64,000 nucleotides of DNA from Opitutus sp. (GTDB lineage: Bacteria; Verrucomicrobiota; Verrucomicrobiia; Opitutales; Opitutaceae), in the NCBI GenBank assembly GCA_025361365.1, contig JANYAM010000218.1:1642-65641 (forward strand). The letters run 5' to 3'. The position numbers and the translations under genes are program-made. This document shows, piece by piece, positions 50,358 through 58,628 of this stretch (its first letter is position 1; each line of letters opens with the position of its first letter). The notes under the pieces were generated by a model. The model made no database searches and was not told the DNA's origin. It saw nothing but the letters and a program-made list of their open reading frames with translations.

Positions 50358-50381
50358 GGCCGGCGGATTTCTCCGCCGGCC
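50358..50381 (-). terminator. Rho-independent terminator after pilQ
   Basis: GGCCGGCGGA-gaaa-TCCGCCGGCC followed by TTTTCTT on the minus strand. Confidence 0.55.
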
Positions 50382-50406
50382 GGGAAGGGAACGAAGCGTT
50401 GACCGC

Positions 50407-52368
50407 TTACTTCTTGGCCGGGGCCACCGGGGCGGGCGCATAGACATCCGTGCCCTTGGGGGCGCGGTAGCCGGGCAGCTCGTCGCGGGTCATGCCGGTC
50501 GCGGTGATGGCGCGCGGATCGAAGACATCCTCCGGGGAGGCGCCGTCGGACGTGACCGTTTTGGCGGTGATGAAGATCAGCAGGTTGGTCGAGACGTCAT
50601 TGACGTTCTTCGAAGAGAAGAGGCGGCCGAGGAGCGGGATGTCGCCCAGGATCGGAACCTTGTTGCCGCCGTGGTCGCGGGATTCGGTGATCAGGCCGCC
50701 GATGCCCATGGTGAAGCCGTCCTTGAGCGAGACTTGGGTCTTCACCTTGCGGGTGGCGATGATCGGGATCTGCGCGCCGCCGGCGCCGCCGAAGGTGGTG
50801 GACCCGTTCTGCTGGCTGACCTCGGGCTCGAGGTTGAGCTTGATGACGCCGCGAGCGTTCACCTGCGGGGTGACTTTGAGGATGATGCCGATCGGCTTGT
50901 AGGCGAAGCCGGACACCTCGAAGGTGCCGCGCTCGCTGTTGTAGTTGTAGCTCGGCACCGGGAATTCCTGGCCGATGTTAAGCACGGCCTCGGTGTTGTT
51001 GAGGGTCACGACCGTGGGGTTCGACATCACCTTGACGTTGGATTGCGTCTTGAGCGCCGAGACGATGACGCTGAAGTCCGACGCGGAGAAGACCGCCGTC
51101 GCCACGCGGCTGGTGGTGCCGCCGTTTACCAGCGAGGCCAGCGAGTTGATTGCACTGGTAATCGAATTGCTGTTGTTACCCGCAGTATTGTTCGAGCCGT
51201 TAAACGTATTGGGGGCGGTAAACGTGGCCTGCGTGCCTGGCGTGCCTGGCGTGGCCGCGACGGCGGGAATTCCCGGGACGAGAATGCTACCGACGACCGT
51301 CCCAAGAGTGGCCGGTGTGGCCGCTGTCCCAGGGGTGCCGGCCGTGGAAGGCGTAAAGCCAACCACGCTGGTCTGCGCCGGAAGCGCCGAGGGCAGGCCC
51401 GTGACCGCGCCGGTCTGCGGGTTGAATGTGGAGGTGCTGAACACGCCGCTCTGGCCACCCGCGGGCAGAATCGGCGCGGTCACAAAAGTGGTGCTATTGC
51501 CGGCCGAATTGCTGCCGTTCGTGCTGTTGGCCGCGTTGTTTGTCCCCGAGGTATCGCTGCTGTTGGTGTTACCCTGGTTGCTGGTGCGGTTGAACGTCTT
51601 GTTGATACTCCCCACCCCGAACTTCATGCCTTGGAGCGAGGCCCAGTTCACGCCGATGTTGCGGATGTCGCTGTCCGTCACCTCGACGAACTTCGACTCG
51701 ATCATCACCTGGTCGGTGGCCTTGTCGAGCTGGTCGATGACGGTGCGGATGCGGCTCATGCGGGACGGCTTCTCGGTAATGACGAGGGCGTTGCTGCGCG
51801 CATCGATCACGATCTTGCCACCGCCGGCCGCGTCGACGAGGCCGTCGATGGTGGGCTTGATGTCCGCCGCCTTGGCGTTGTTGAGGATGAAGACCTCGGT
51901 CGAGCCGGGCTCCTGCGACAGGAGTTCGTTGCTGACGATCTTGATGATGTTACCTTCGCGGACGTAGGTGTAGCCGACCGGGGAGAGCACGACGGTGAAG
52001 ATCTGCTCCCAGGTGACATCGCGCAGCTTGATGGAGGTCTTGCCGGTCAGCGTGTCGGGCACCACGAGGTTGAGCTCGAAAAGGTCGGCCACGTTGCGGA
52101 GGATGGTCTTGATGTCCTCATCGGGGAAATCGACCGAGAGCGTGTCCTTGTCGCGGCTGGCGGGGGCCGCGACGGGCACGGAGCCCTCGACGGTGGCGGC
52201 GGCCGTCACCACGGGAGCGGCGGGCTTGGCCTCAGCCGGCTTGGCCTCGGCCGGAGCGGCGGCGGCGGCCGGGGCCGGAGCCGCGGGCGCGAGTTCGGGG
52301 GATTGAGCGAAAGCCGGCAGGGTCAGTGCCGTGGCGAAGAGCGCGGTGAGGATGGTGCGTGTGCTCAT
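50407..52368 (-). CDS. pilQ: Type IV pilus secretin
   Basis: C-terminal secretin domain (NVKVMSNPTVVTLNNTEA...VPILGDIPLLGRLFSS). Operon position after pilMNO(P). Confidence 0.85.
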   Translation of the reverse strand: MSTRTILTALFATALTLPAFAQSPELAPAAPAPAAAAAPAEAKPAEAKPAAPVVTAAATVEGSVPVAAPASRDKDTLSVDFPDEDIKTILRNVADLFELNLVVPDTLTGKTSIKLRDVTWEQIFTVVLSPVGYTYVREGNIIKIVSNELLSQEPGSTEVFILNNAKAADIKPTIDGLVDAAGGGKIVIDARSNALVITEKPSRMSRIRTVIDQLDKATDQVMIESKFVEVTDSDIRNIGVNWASLQGMKFGVGSINKTFNRTSNQGNTNSSDTSGTNNAANSTNGSNSAGNSTTFVTAPILPAGGQSGVFSTSTFNPQTGAVTGLPSALPAQTSVVGFTPSTAGTPGTAATPATLGTVVGSILVPGIPAVAATPGTPGTQATFTAPNTFNGSNNTAGNNSNSITSAINSLASLVNGGTTSRVATAVFSASDFSVIVSALKTQSNVKVMSNPTVVTLNNTEAVLNIGQEFPVPSYNYNSERGTFEVSGFAYKPIGIILKVTPQVNARGVIKLNLEPEVSQQNGSTTFGGAGGAQIPIIATRKVKTQVSLKDGFTMGIGGLITESRDHGGNKVPILGDIPLLGRLFSSKNVNDVSTNLLIFITAKTVTSDGASPEDVFDPRAITATGMTRDELPGYRAPKGTDVYAPAPVAPAKK

Positions 52369-52378
52369 AGTTCGTTCC

Positions 52379-52879
52379 TTATTTGAGGGTCCGGGTAAAT
52401 TCCTCGCGGTTCAGGCGAAGGGTAAAATTGGTGCGGTCGATGCTGACGATCTCTAGAGTGTATTGGTTGCCTTCAAAGGTAATTGTCAAAATGCCGCCGG
52501 CTTTAACCCGCTTTTGACCGAAAGAAACCGACGGCTGGCCGCCGAGCACGATGTAGCCGCTGGGCTTCAGGCTGGCGGCGATGGCCCGCAACAGATCGCG
52601 GTCGTTGCGCGGGCCTGTCGGGGCGGTGGTCGTTGTGCTGGTGGTCTCCGTGCCGGTGGACGCCCGGCCCATGGCCGCGACGGCCTCGGCGAACGCCGCC
52701 GGATAAAAGGGGTTCGCCGTCGCCGGGACGATTTCCCGGGTCGCGACCAGCGTCTTGCCCCGGTCCAGCGCCTGCTGGCGCTTGGCGGGACTCAGGACCG
52801 CCTCGCCCGCCGCAAAGACCGAGCCGCCCGCGAGCAGCAGACTGGCACCGAGAATGAATCGCGTGAGATTGATTTTCAT
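52379..52879 (-). CDS. Pilus assembly protein in the PilP position
   Basis: Signal peptide and C-terminal beta-rich domain. Call is by synteny only. Confidence 0.35.
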   Translation of the reverse strand: MKINLTRFILGASLLLAGGSVFAAGEAVLSPAKRQQALDRGKTLVATREIVPATANPFYPAAFAEAVAAMGRASTGTETTSTTTTAPTGPRNDRDLLRAIAASLKPSGYIVLGGQPSVSFGQKRVKAGGILTITFEGNQYTLEIVSIDRTNFTLRLNREEFTRTLK

Positions 52880-53421
52880 GGCTGGCCGAGCAGTTCGAGG
52901 CTGAGCGAGAGGGTGACGACGGCATCACCGCCGGCTAGTTTAGTGAAGTTGGCGGTGTTGATCCGGCAGAAATGCCGGCCCTTCTCCAGACGCTGCAGGA
53001 ATGCCATGACGTTCTTGTAGGGGCCCTGGACGTTCACGTTGTAAGGAATGCCCACATAGGAGACCTTGGCCGACCGGGGCCGCGGGTTCTGCCGCACATC
53101 CACGAGCTTCACCTCATTCTCGGCCTCCAGCTTGTAGAAATACTGCAGGTTCACCGCCAGCTGGCCCTCGCGGACCAGCCGCCCGTCGAGCTCCTTGGTG
53201 GCGGCCTGCAACTCGGTGACTTGCTCCCGCAGGTTTTTGGCGAGGCCCACATTGGAGCTGAAATTAGCCGCCTCGGCGGACTTGGCCTCGGAGGCCGCCT
53301 GCTGCACGTCGAGTTCGCCGCTGCGATAATAGAGCCAGCCGCCGCCCAGCAGACAGATCAGCAAACAGGCAAAGCCGATGGGCTGCTTTTTGATGCGCGC
53401 AATGATATCAGCCGCGGTCAT
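52876..53421 (-). CDS. pilO: Type IV pilus assembly protein PilO-like
   Basis: Single N-terminal TM helix, a coiled-coil, and C-terminal IPYNVNVQGPYKNVMAFLQRLE resembling PilO. Confidence 0.6.
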   Translation of the reverse strand: MTAADIIARIKKQPIGFACLLICLLGGGWLYYRSGELDVQQAASEAKSAEAANFSSNVGLAKNLREQVTELQAATKELDGRLVREGQLAVNLQYFYKLEAENEVKLVDVRQNPRPRSAKVSYVGIPYNVNVQGPYKNVMAFLQRLEKGRHFCRINTANFTKLAGGDAVVTLSLSLELLGQP

Positions 53422-54050
53422 TTCTTGGCCTCCGTTTTGATTTTCAACGAAATCTCAAAGGCCATGAAACTCGTGGCGCCATCGGGGGCGAGCTTCTCCA
53501 GGGTGATGGGCTCGAAGACCGAGCCGAGCCGCGGGTGGGCGCGGAGGACATCGACATAACTGGAGGCCGTGCCGGCCGCCTGATCCCGGGTGCCGGCGAC
53601 CACGCCCTTGAGCACGTAGACCGAGTTTTTCGAGTCGGCCGTCAACCGGATGTCGGCCATATCAACGGAAATCTCCTTGGGCAGGGTCCGTCCGATCAAC
53701 TCGATGTATTCGGAAACCGGGACGGGCACCTTCACGAAGGTCTCGACCTCGGTCAGTTTCTTTTCCTCGTCGGTGAAAATCCTGGTCTGGCGGAGCGCCT
53801 CGGTGTTTTGCTTGGCGTTCGCGTCGATCTCGCGCTGGGCCGCGGCGATCTGCTCCCCGAGGTTGTGCAAACGGTATTCCCCGTAGCCCAGCCACATCAG
53901 CAGCGCGATGGTCACGGCGCCCGCCCCCGTGTTCACGAAGAAGGTCGTGCGCACGACCTTCGTGTCCGGCAACCGTTCAAAGTTGCGGAAATTCGTGTGC
54001 CAGAGTGGGACGACTACCGGCTCGTCACTTTTTTTCGTCAGGGACAGCAT
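53418..54050 (-). CDS. pilN: Type IV pilus assembly protein PilN-like
   Basis: Short cytoplasmic N-terminus, one TM helix, a coiled-coil. Overlaps pilM and pilO. Confidence 0.55.
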   Translation of the reverse strand: MLSLTKKSDEPVVVPLWHTNFRNFERLPDTKVVRTTFFVNTGAGAVTIALLMWLGYGEYRLHNLGEQIAAAQREIDANAKQNTEALRQTRIFTDEEKKLTEVETFVKVPVPVSEYIELIGRTLPKEISVDMADIRLTADSKNSVYVLKGVVAGTRDQAAGTASSYVDVLRAHPRLGSVFEPITLEKLAPDGATSFMAFEISLKIKTEAKK

Positions 54051-55065
54051 TTTGGTGTGAAGCGATCAGGGAAAACAAGCCTGCCCAGCGTTCCTCGGGC
54101 TGGCTCAGGGTTACGCCCTCGGCGAGCTTGATATTGAGAGATTCGAGCCACGGCAGCATGTCCAGTTTCATCACCGGGACGCCGAGGGAGCCGGCCATCG
54201 TGGTGCCGAGCCAGGTCAGGCTGGCCGGGAGTTGGGTGCAGAGCACGCTGCCGATGGACTGGCCGGTCTGGACCTCGTAGAAGCCGATGGAAGACTGCAG
54301 TTCCTTCAGCAGCTTCTTGACGAGCGCGCCGCCCATGCTGGTAAAATCAAAGGTGTTGGAATAGAAGAGTTTTTTCGCCGACTCCTCGTCCTTCAAGCCG
54401 AGTTCCTTCTGCACCACGGGGATCATGGCCGCAATGCCGCTGAAGATCGGCCGGGAAATATCCACGCCGTCGGCGCTCACGATGAAGCTTTGAGTCGATT
54501 CCTCGCCAATCTCAAGCAGGAGGACGGGGGACTTGCTCTGCTTGAATTTCAGGTAGTTCACCACGCCGCCCAGCGTCGCCAAAGTGCCGAGCTCCAACCG
54601 CTCCGGATAAACGCCCTGCTCAAGCAGCTTGTCCTGGAGCGTGATGATATCCTCCGAAGGCAGGCCGCAGAACAGCACTTCCTTCTGCGCCGCCTTGACC
54701 ATGTCGTAGTCGCTGCCATCGCCGGGGTTCAGAGCCTTGATCGTGTATTTCTCGGGCTCGACGCGAAACTGCTGCGTATAGATCTCGCTGAAATAAGCGG
54801 GCTCCTTGACCTTCTTGGGGTCCAGAGTGTGCCGCCGGATGATCCGCTTGGTCGGATAAATTCCACAAGTCGCGTGCGCGTAACCGGTCGAACCCTTGCC
54901 TTCGGTGGTTTTGACCCAATCCGTGATCGCCGCCGTGTCCGTCGCAGGAAACTCCTTCAGCTCCTCGACAATATACGGCGCATCCGGCGACGACAAGCGC
55001 GCCAGAAGAGTCGAATATTCGCCAATTTCGACGCAAAAGCCTTTGGATTTTTTCGCGAGAAACAT
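54025..55065 (-). CDS. pilM: Type IV pilus assembly protein PilM (actin-like ATPase fold)
   Basis: ~346 aa, CVEIGEYSTLLARL first-phosphate-like strand, first gene of the operon. Confidence 0.7.
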   Translation of the reverse strand: MFLAKKSKGFCVEIGEYSTLLARLSSPDAPYIVEELKEFPATDTAAITDWVKTTEGKGSTGYAHATCGIYPTKRIIRRHTLDPKKVKEPAYFSEIYTQQFRVEPEKYTIKALNPGDGSDYDMVKAAQKEVLFCGLPSEDIITLQDKLLEQGVYPERLELGTLATLGGVVNYLKFKQSKSPVLLLEIGEESTQSFIVSADGVDISRPIFSGIAAMIPVVQKELGLKDEESAKKLFYSNTFDFTSMGGALVKKLLKELQSSIGFYEVQTGQSIGSVLCTQLPASLTWLGTTMAGSLGVPVMKLDMLPWLESLNIKLAEGVTLSQPEERWAGLFSLIASHQNAVPDEKK

Positions 55066-55283
55066 GCTCAGTGCCAGAGAGAAGGTGGGAGTGTGTGCTT
55101 ACGGTTTCTACGGGCTTTTGCGGGGTTAGGTGAACCGCACAAACGCTCGGCCAAACTCATTTGCAGGACATGCTGGATATGGGGCACTTACCCACCTGAC
55201 AAGACGAAAACCATTACTAGGGCATCAGGTGGCAATAGTTTCCCTAATGTTTTACCTTCAGGCATTTTAGACTGAAAAGCAAA

Positions 55284-55306
55284 AAACCCGCCAAATCGGC
55301 GGGTTT
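55284..55306 (-). terminator. Rho-independent terminator after the bS22-like gene
   Basis: Minus strand reads AAACCCGCC-gattt-GGCGGGTTT followed by TTTGCTTTT. Confidence 0.6.
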
Positions 55307-55342
55307 GTGAAGAATAAGACCTTTTACGAGCCGGCCCCAGGC

Positions 55343-55444
55343 TTATTTCTGCCAGGTGCGCTTCTTATGGCGGTTCGCTTTGAGGCGTTTCCGGCGTTTG
55401 TGTTTCGACATCTTTAGACGTCGTTTCTTTTTCAGATTACCCAT
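55343..55444 (-). CDS. 33-aa highly basic protein, bS22-like (AURKAIP1/COX24-type small ribosomal protein)
   Basis: My own translation: [33 protein letters not shown]. It resembles mycobacterial/Bacteroidetes bS22 ([21 protein letters not shown]...). Has its own terminator. Below the ORF-track length cutoff. Confidence 0.6.
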   Translation of the reverse strand: MGNLKKKRRLKMSKHKRRKRLKANRHKKRTWQK

Positions 55445-55532
55445 AGTTGTAGAGTGGTTTGGCTGGAAACCGTGCGGTCTACTTTCTGCCCTGTAAAGCC
55501 TTTTCCCTCGGGGTGCGCCCGGCTATCCCCCG

Positions 55533-58500
55533 CTAAAAATTCCGCCAGTCGCCCGCTCCGGTGGCGTAGACCCCAAGCTTGATTTCAGCCTGGGGGAAAA
55601 ACTGCCCCAGGCAGGTGCCATACGCTTCCAACTGTGGCCGGTATTCGGCCACCAAGCGCTCCAGCAAGGCATGGTTTTCTTCCTGGGGACGCCGGTGGTT
55701 GGTTTTCCAATCGATCACGCGCACCTCACCCGCGACTGCATCGTGCGCCACGAAATCGATGATACCATCCACCCAACCGGCCTGGCCCAGCGGTGCCACG
55801 ACGCTGAGTTCCGCAAAACTCTGCCAGCGCGGCGAGCGCAACTCCCGCCACAAACCGCTCGCGCGCAATAACCCAAGCTCGCCTTCCCCGCGCCGGGCAA
55901 AGCCCCGTTTCTCGGCCACCGTGAGCGCGGCCCGCAGGTAGGCGTTCACCTTTGCTTCATCCCCGCGCCAGGGCAGGAACTCCATGGTCTCGTGCCACCA
56001 CAAGCCATACTCAATGGGATCCTCCCGCCCAGCTGGCGCCGGTTCGTCTTCGCCCGATTCGTGCCGTGCTCGCCGCACCACATCCGGTTGGTGCGCCAAT
56101 TGGTGCGGCAACAGGCGGCGCGGATAATCCACCCACCCCGGCTTCACTACCTCGGCCAATGTCGGTGCGATCTCGATCGGCTCCGGTGCCGCCGCTGGCA
56201 GCATAAATTCGGCGTTCTCCACCGTCGGCAGCCCGCCCAAGTCCGCTCCCCATAAATCCAGGAAACTGCCCTCGGCCGCCGGTTCGCCCACCGGCAGCAC
56301 CAGCGCGCGCCGCGCGCGGGTCAGGGTTACATAAAGCAGCCGGACCAACTCCCGCCGGCGCTCACGCTCGCGCGACTCCTTCGTGTTTTCCGGCAGGCTG
56401 GCGGTGTCGAAGAACACGCGCGAGGTGCCCGACTCGTCCGGCAGCAACCGCAGGCCGGTTGCCTCGCGCTTGCCGATCAGGCGCCAGAGTCCCACCGGGA
56501 TGACGACCGGCCATTCCAGGCCCTTGGCCGAATGCGACGTCAGCAGATTGATCGCATCCTCACTCGGCTTGCCGGCGGGCCGGCCGCTTTCGAGCCCGGC
56601 CAGCAGTTCGCCCAGCCACGCCCGCGGGCCCGCACCCTCGAGGCCGCGTTCCGCCGCCTGCGCGAGCAGCCGCTCCAGTTCGTCGTTCAACGCCCCGCTC
56701 GGATCCACCCGGCGGGCCTTTTCCCCGAGCCCCGCCGCGTGGGCCAGGTCATGGGCGAAACGCTCCAGCGGCTCGCCCTCCGCCTCCACCCGCCCGACGA
56801 ACGGTTTCAATATCTCCAACGCCGCGCCCAGTGGCGCCGCATAACCCTCGGGCGATTCCCAGCGAAACTTCCGCTCCGCTCCGAGCTCGGCCGCGATCAG
56901 CGCGTCGCTCACGACGAAGACTTCCCGCAGCACGCCCACCCACTCGAAAGTATTCTCCGGGTCGCACACCGCCGCCAGCAATCCCGTCATCCACGCGTAG
57001 GCGGGGTTGTCGCCGTTGCGGTTCTTGCGCATCTGCAGCGCCGTCTTCAGGCCGGCGGCCTCGAGTTCTTTGCGCGCCGTCACCAGCCACTCGTTGCGTG
57101 GCGCGAGGAGGCACACCTCGCCCCAATGCCGCGCCCCGACCCCGGCGGGGCCGCGCGCCTGCAGCCAGGCCGCCACCTGCCGCACCTCGGCCGCCAGTTT
57201 TTGCTCCACGCCGGTTTTGCCCGCCGTCGGCTGCACCGACAGCACGGCCACGGCCCCGCGCTCGTTCTTGGGCCCGGCTTCGAGTTTCTCGTAATCCACC
57301 TGCAGCCGCGGCCGCGGTGCACCGGCGGCCGGCGCCAGCCCGACATTGTGCTCCCGGCCCGGCCCGAAGGCGGCGGGCAGGGTCGCGTTCAACAGGGCAA
57401 TCGCGGCGTGCGGCGCCCGAAAGGTCACATCGAACTTCAACCGCTCCCCGCCGTCGCCGCGCCCGAAGGCCTCGAGGTGCCGCTGGAAATTACGCACATC
57501 CGCGCGCGAACTGTAGATCGACTGCTGGCCGTCGCCGACCAGACAGAAGTGTCCCGGCCGCGGCCCCACCCCGCGCCCCGCCGGCCACGTGCCGAGCGCC
57601 GCGCCCGGCGGCCGCGCGATTTCAACCAGCACGGCGAATTGCTGCGGATCGGTGTCCTGCGCCTCGTCGAGAATGATGCGCCAGCCCTCCGCGCGGATGC
57701 GCTCCAGGGTCGCCGCATCGTGCAACACCGCCAGCGCCGCCTCGACCTGGTCCGCATACGTCTGCACCCCGCGGTCAAAGCGCCACGCGCGGTAACGCAG
57801 CGCCAGTTCGCCGGCCATCGCCGCCCCGGCCTCGGCCAGCCACGCCTTCACCGGCGCGAGAAAATCCGCATACAGGTCCTCGATGCCGGCCGCCGTGCCC
57901 GTCGGTTTCGGCAGCGGCAGGAAGCTGCGCTCGTCGCGGAAACGCCGGCGCCATTCCTGCGCCAGCTCCTGGTTGTGCTGCAGCGACTCGATCCCCTTGC
58001 CCTTGCTCTTCGCCGCGAGGATCATCGACAGCGCTGCCGCGGACGGTTCGGGCGGCGCGGCCGCGATCCGCACCGCCGACAACCGTTCCGCCGTGCCGCG
58101 ATCGAGTTCGCGCGCGAGCTCGAAGATCGAGTCCAGCGGCGCGTGCCGCAAAAATGCCTCGATCTGCCCCGGCGCCAGCCGCGTGAACTGCATCACGTCT
58201 TGCTCGAGGAATTCCTCCCACAGCGCTTCCTCCATGTCCGCGCCTTCGATCACTGCGGGGTTGAGATTCAACCCGAGGGCCTGGCCGTAGCGCTGGGCGA
58301 GCAGCAGGCAGAAGCTGTGGATGGTGCCGAAGAACGCGCGCTCGAGGTCGTCGAGCGGGGCGAGATCCGTCCGGCCTGTCTCAGCCCGCCGCCGCACCAG
58401 CACGGCGCGCGCGCGCTGGCCGATCTGCGCCGCGGCCTTCTTCGTGAACGTGACGACCGCCGTCTTGCGCAGCTGCTCCGCCCCACCCTCGCGCAGCGCC

Positions 58501-58628
58501 AGCGCCGCCAGCCGCTCGGAGATGGCCGTGGTCTTGCCGGAGCCGGCGTTCGCGCTGACGGCAAAATTCCGGTTCCACTCATCCCGGAAGCGCTCGCGCG
58601 CCAGTTGGTCGGTCAGCGCCTCACTCAT
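55533..58628 (-). CDS. addA: UvrD-family helicase with C-terminal PD-(D/E)XK nuclease (AddA/RecB-like)
   Basis: Walker A SANAGSGKTT, DEAQDT motif II, C-terminal RVIDWKTN...QLEAY nuclease motif. Start at ATG 58628. Confidence 0.8.
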   Translation of the reverse strand: MSEALTDQLARERFRDEWNRNFAVSANAGSGKTTAISERLAALALREGGAEQLRKTAVVTFTKKAAAQIGQRARAVLVRRRAETGRTDLAPLDDLERAFFGTIHSFCLLLAQRYGQALGLNLNPAVIEGADMEEALWEEFLEQDVMQFTRLAPGQIEAFLRHAPLDSIFELARELDRGTAERLSAVRIAAAPPEPSAAALSMILAAKSKGKGIESLQHNQELAQEWRRRFRDERSFLPLPKPTGTAAGIEDLYADFLAPVKAWLAEAGAAMAGELALRYRAWRFDRGVQTYADQVEAALAVLHDAATLERIRAEGWRIILDEAQDTDPQQFAVLVEIARPPGAALGTWPAGRGVGPRPGHFCLVGDGQQSIYSSRADVRNFQRHLEAFGRGDGGERLKFDVTFRAPHAAIALLNATLPAAFGPGREHNVGLAPAAGAPRPRLQVDYEKLEAGPKNERGAVAVLSVQPTAGKTGVEQKLAAEVRQVAAWLQARGPAGVGARHWGEVCLLAPRNEWLVTARKELEAAGLKTALQMRKNRNGDNPAYAWMTGLLAAVCDPENTFEWVGVLREVFVVSDALIAAELGAERKFRWESPEGYAAPLGAALEILKPFVGRVEAEGEPLERFAHDLAHAAGLGEKARRVDPSGALNDELERLLAQAAERGLEGAGPRAWLGELLAGLESGRPAGKPSEDAINLLTSHSAKGLEWPVVIPVGLWRLIGKREATGLRLLPDESGTSRVFFDTASLPENTKESRERERRRELVRLLYVTLTRARRALVLPVGEPAAEGSFLDLWGADLGGLPTVENAEFMLPAAAPEPIEIAPTLAEVVKPGWVDYPRRLLPHQLAHQPDVVRRARHESGEDEPAPAGREDPIEYGLWWHETMEFLPWRGDEAKVNAYLRAALTVAEKRGFARRGEGELGLLRASGLWRELRSPRWQSFAELSVVAPLGQAGWVDGIIDFVAHDAVAGEVRVIDWKTNHRRPQEENHALLERLVAEYRPQLEAYGTCLGQFFPQAEIKLGVYATGAGDWRNF

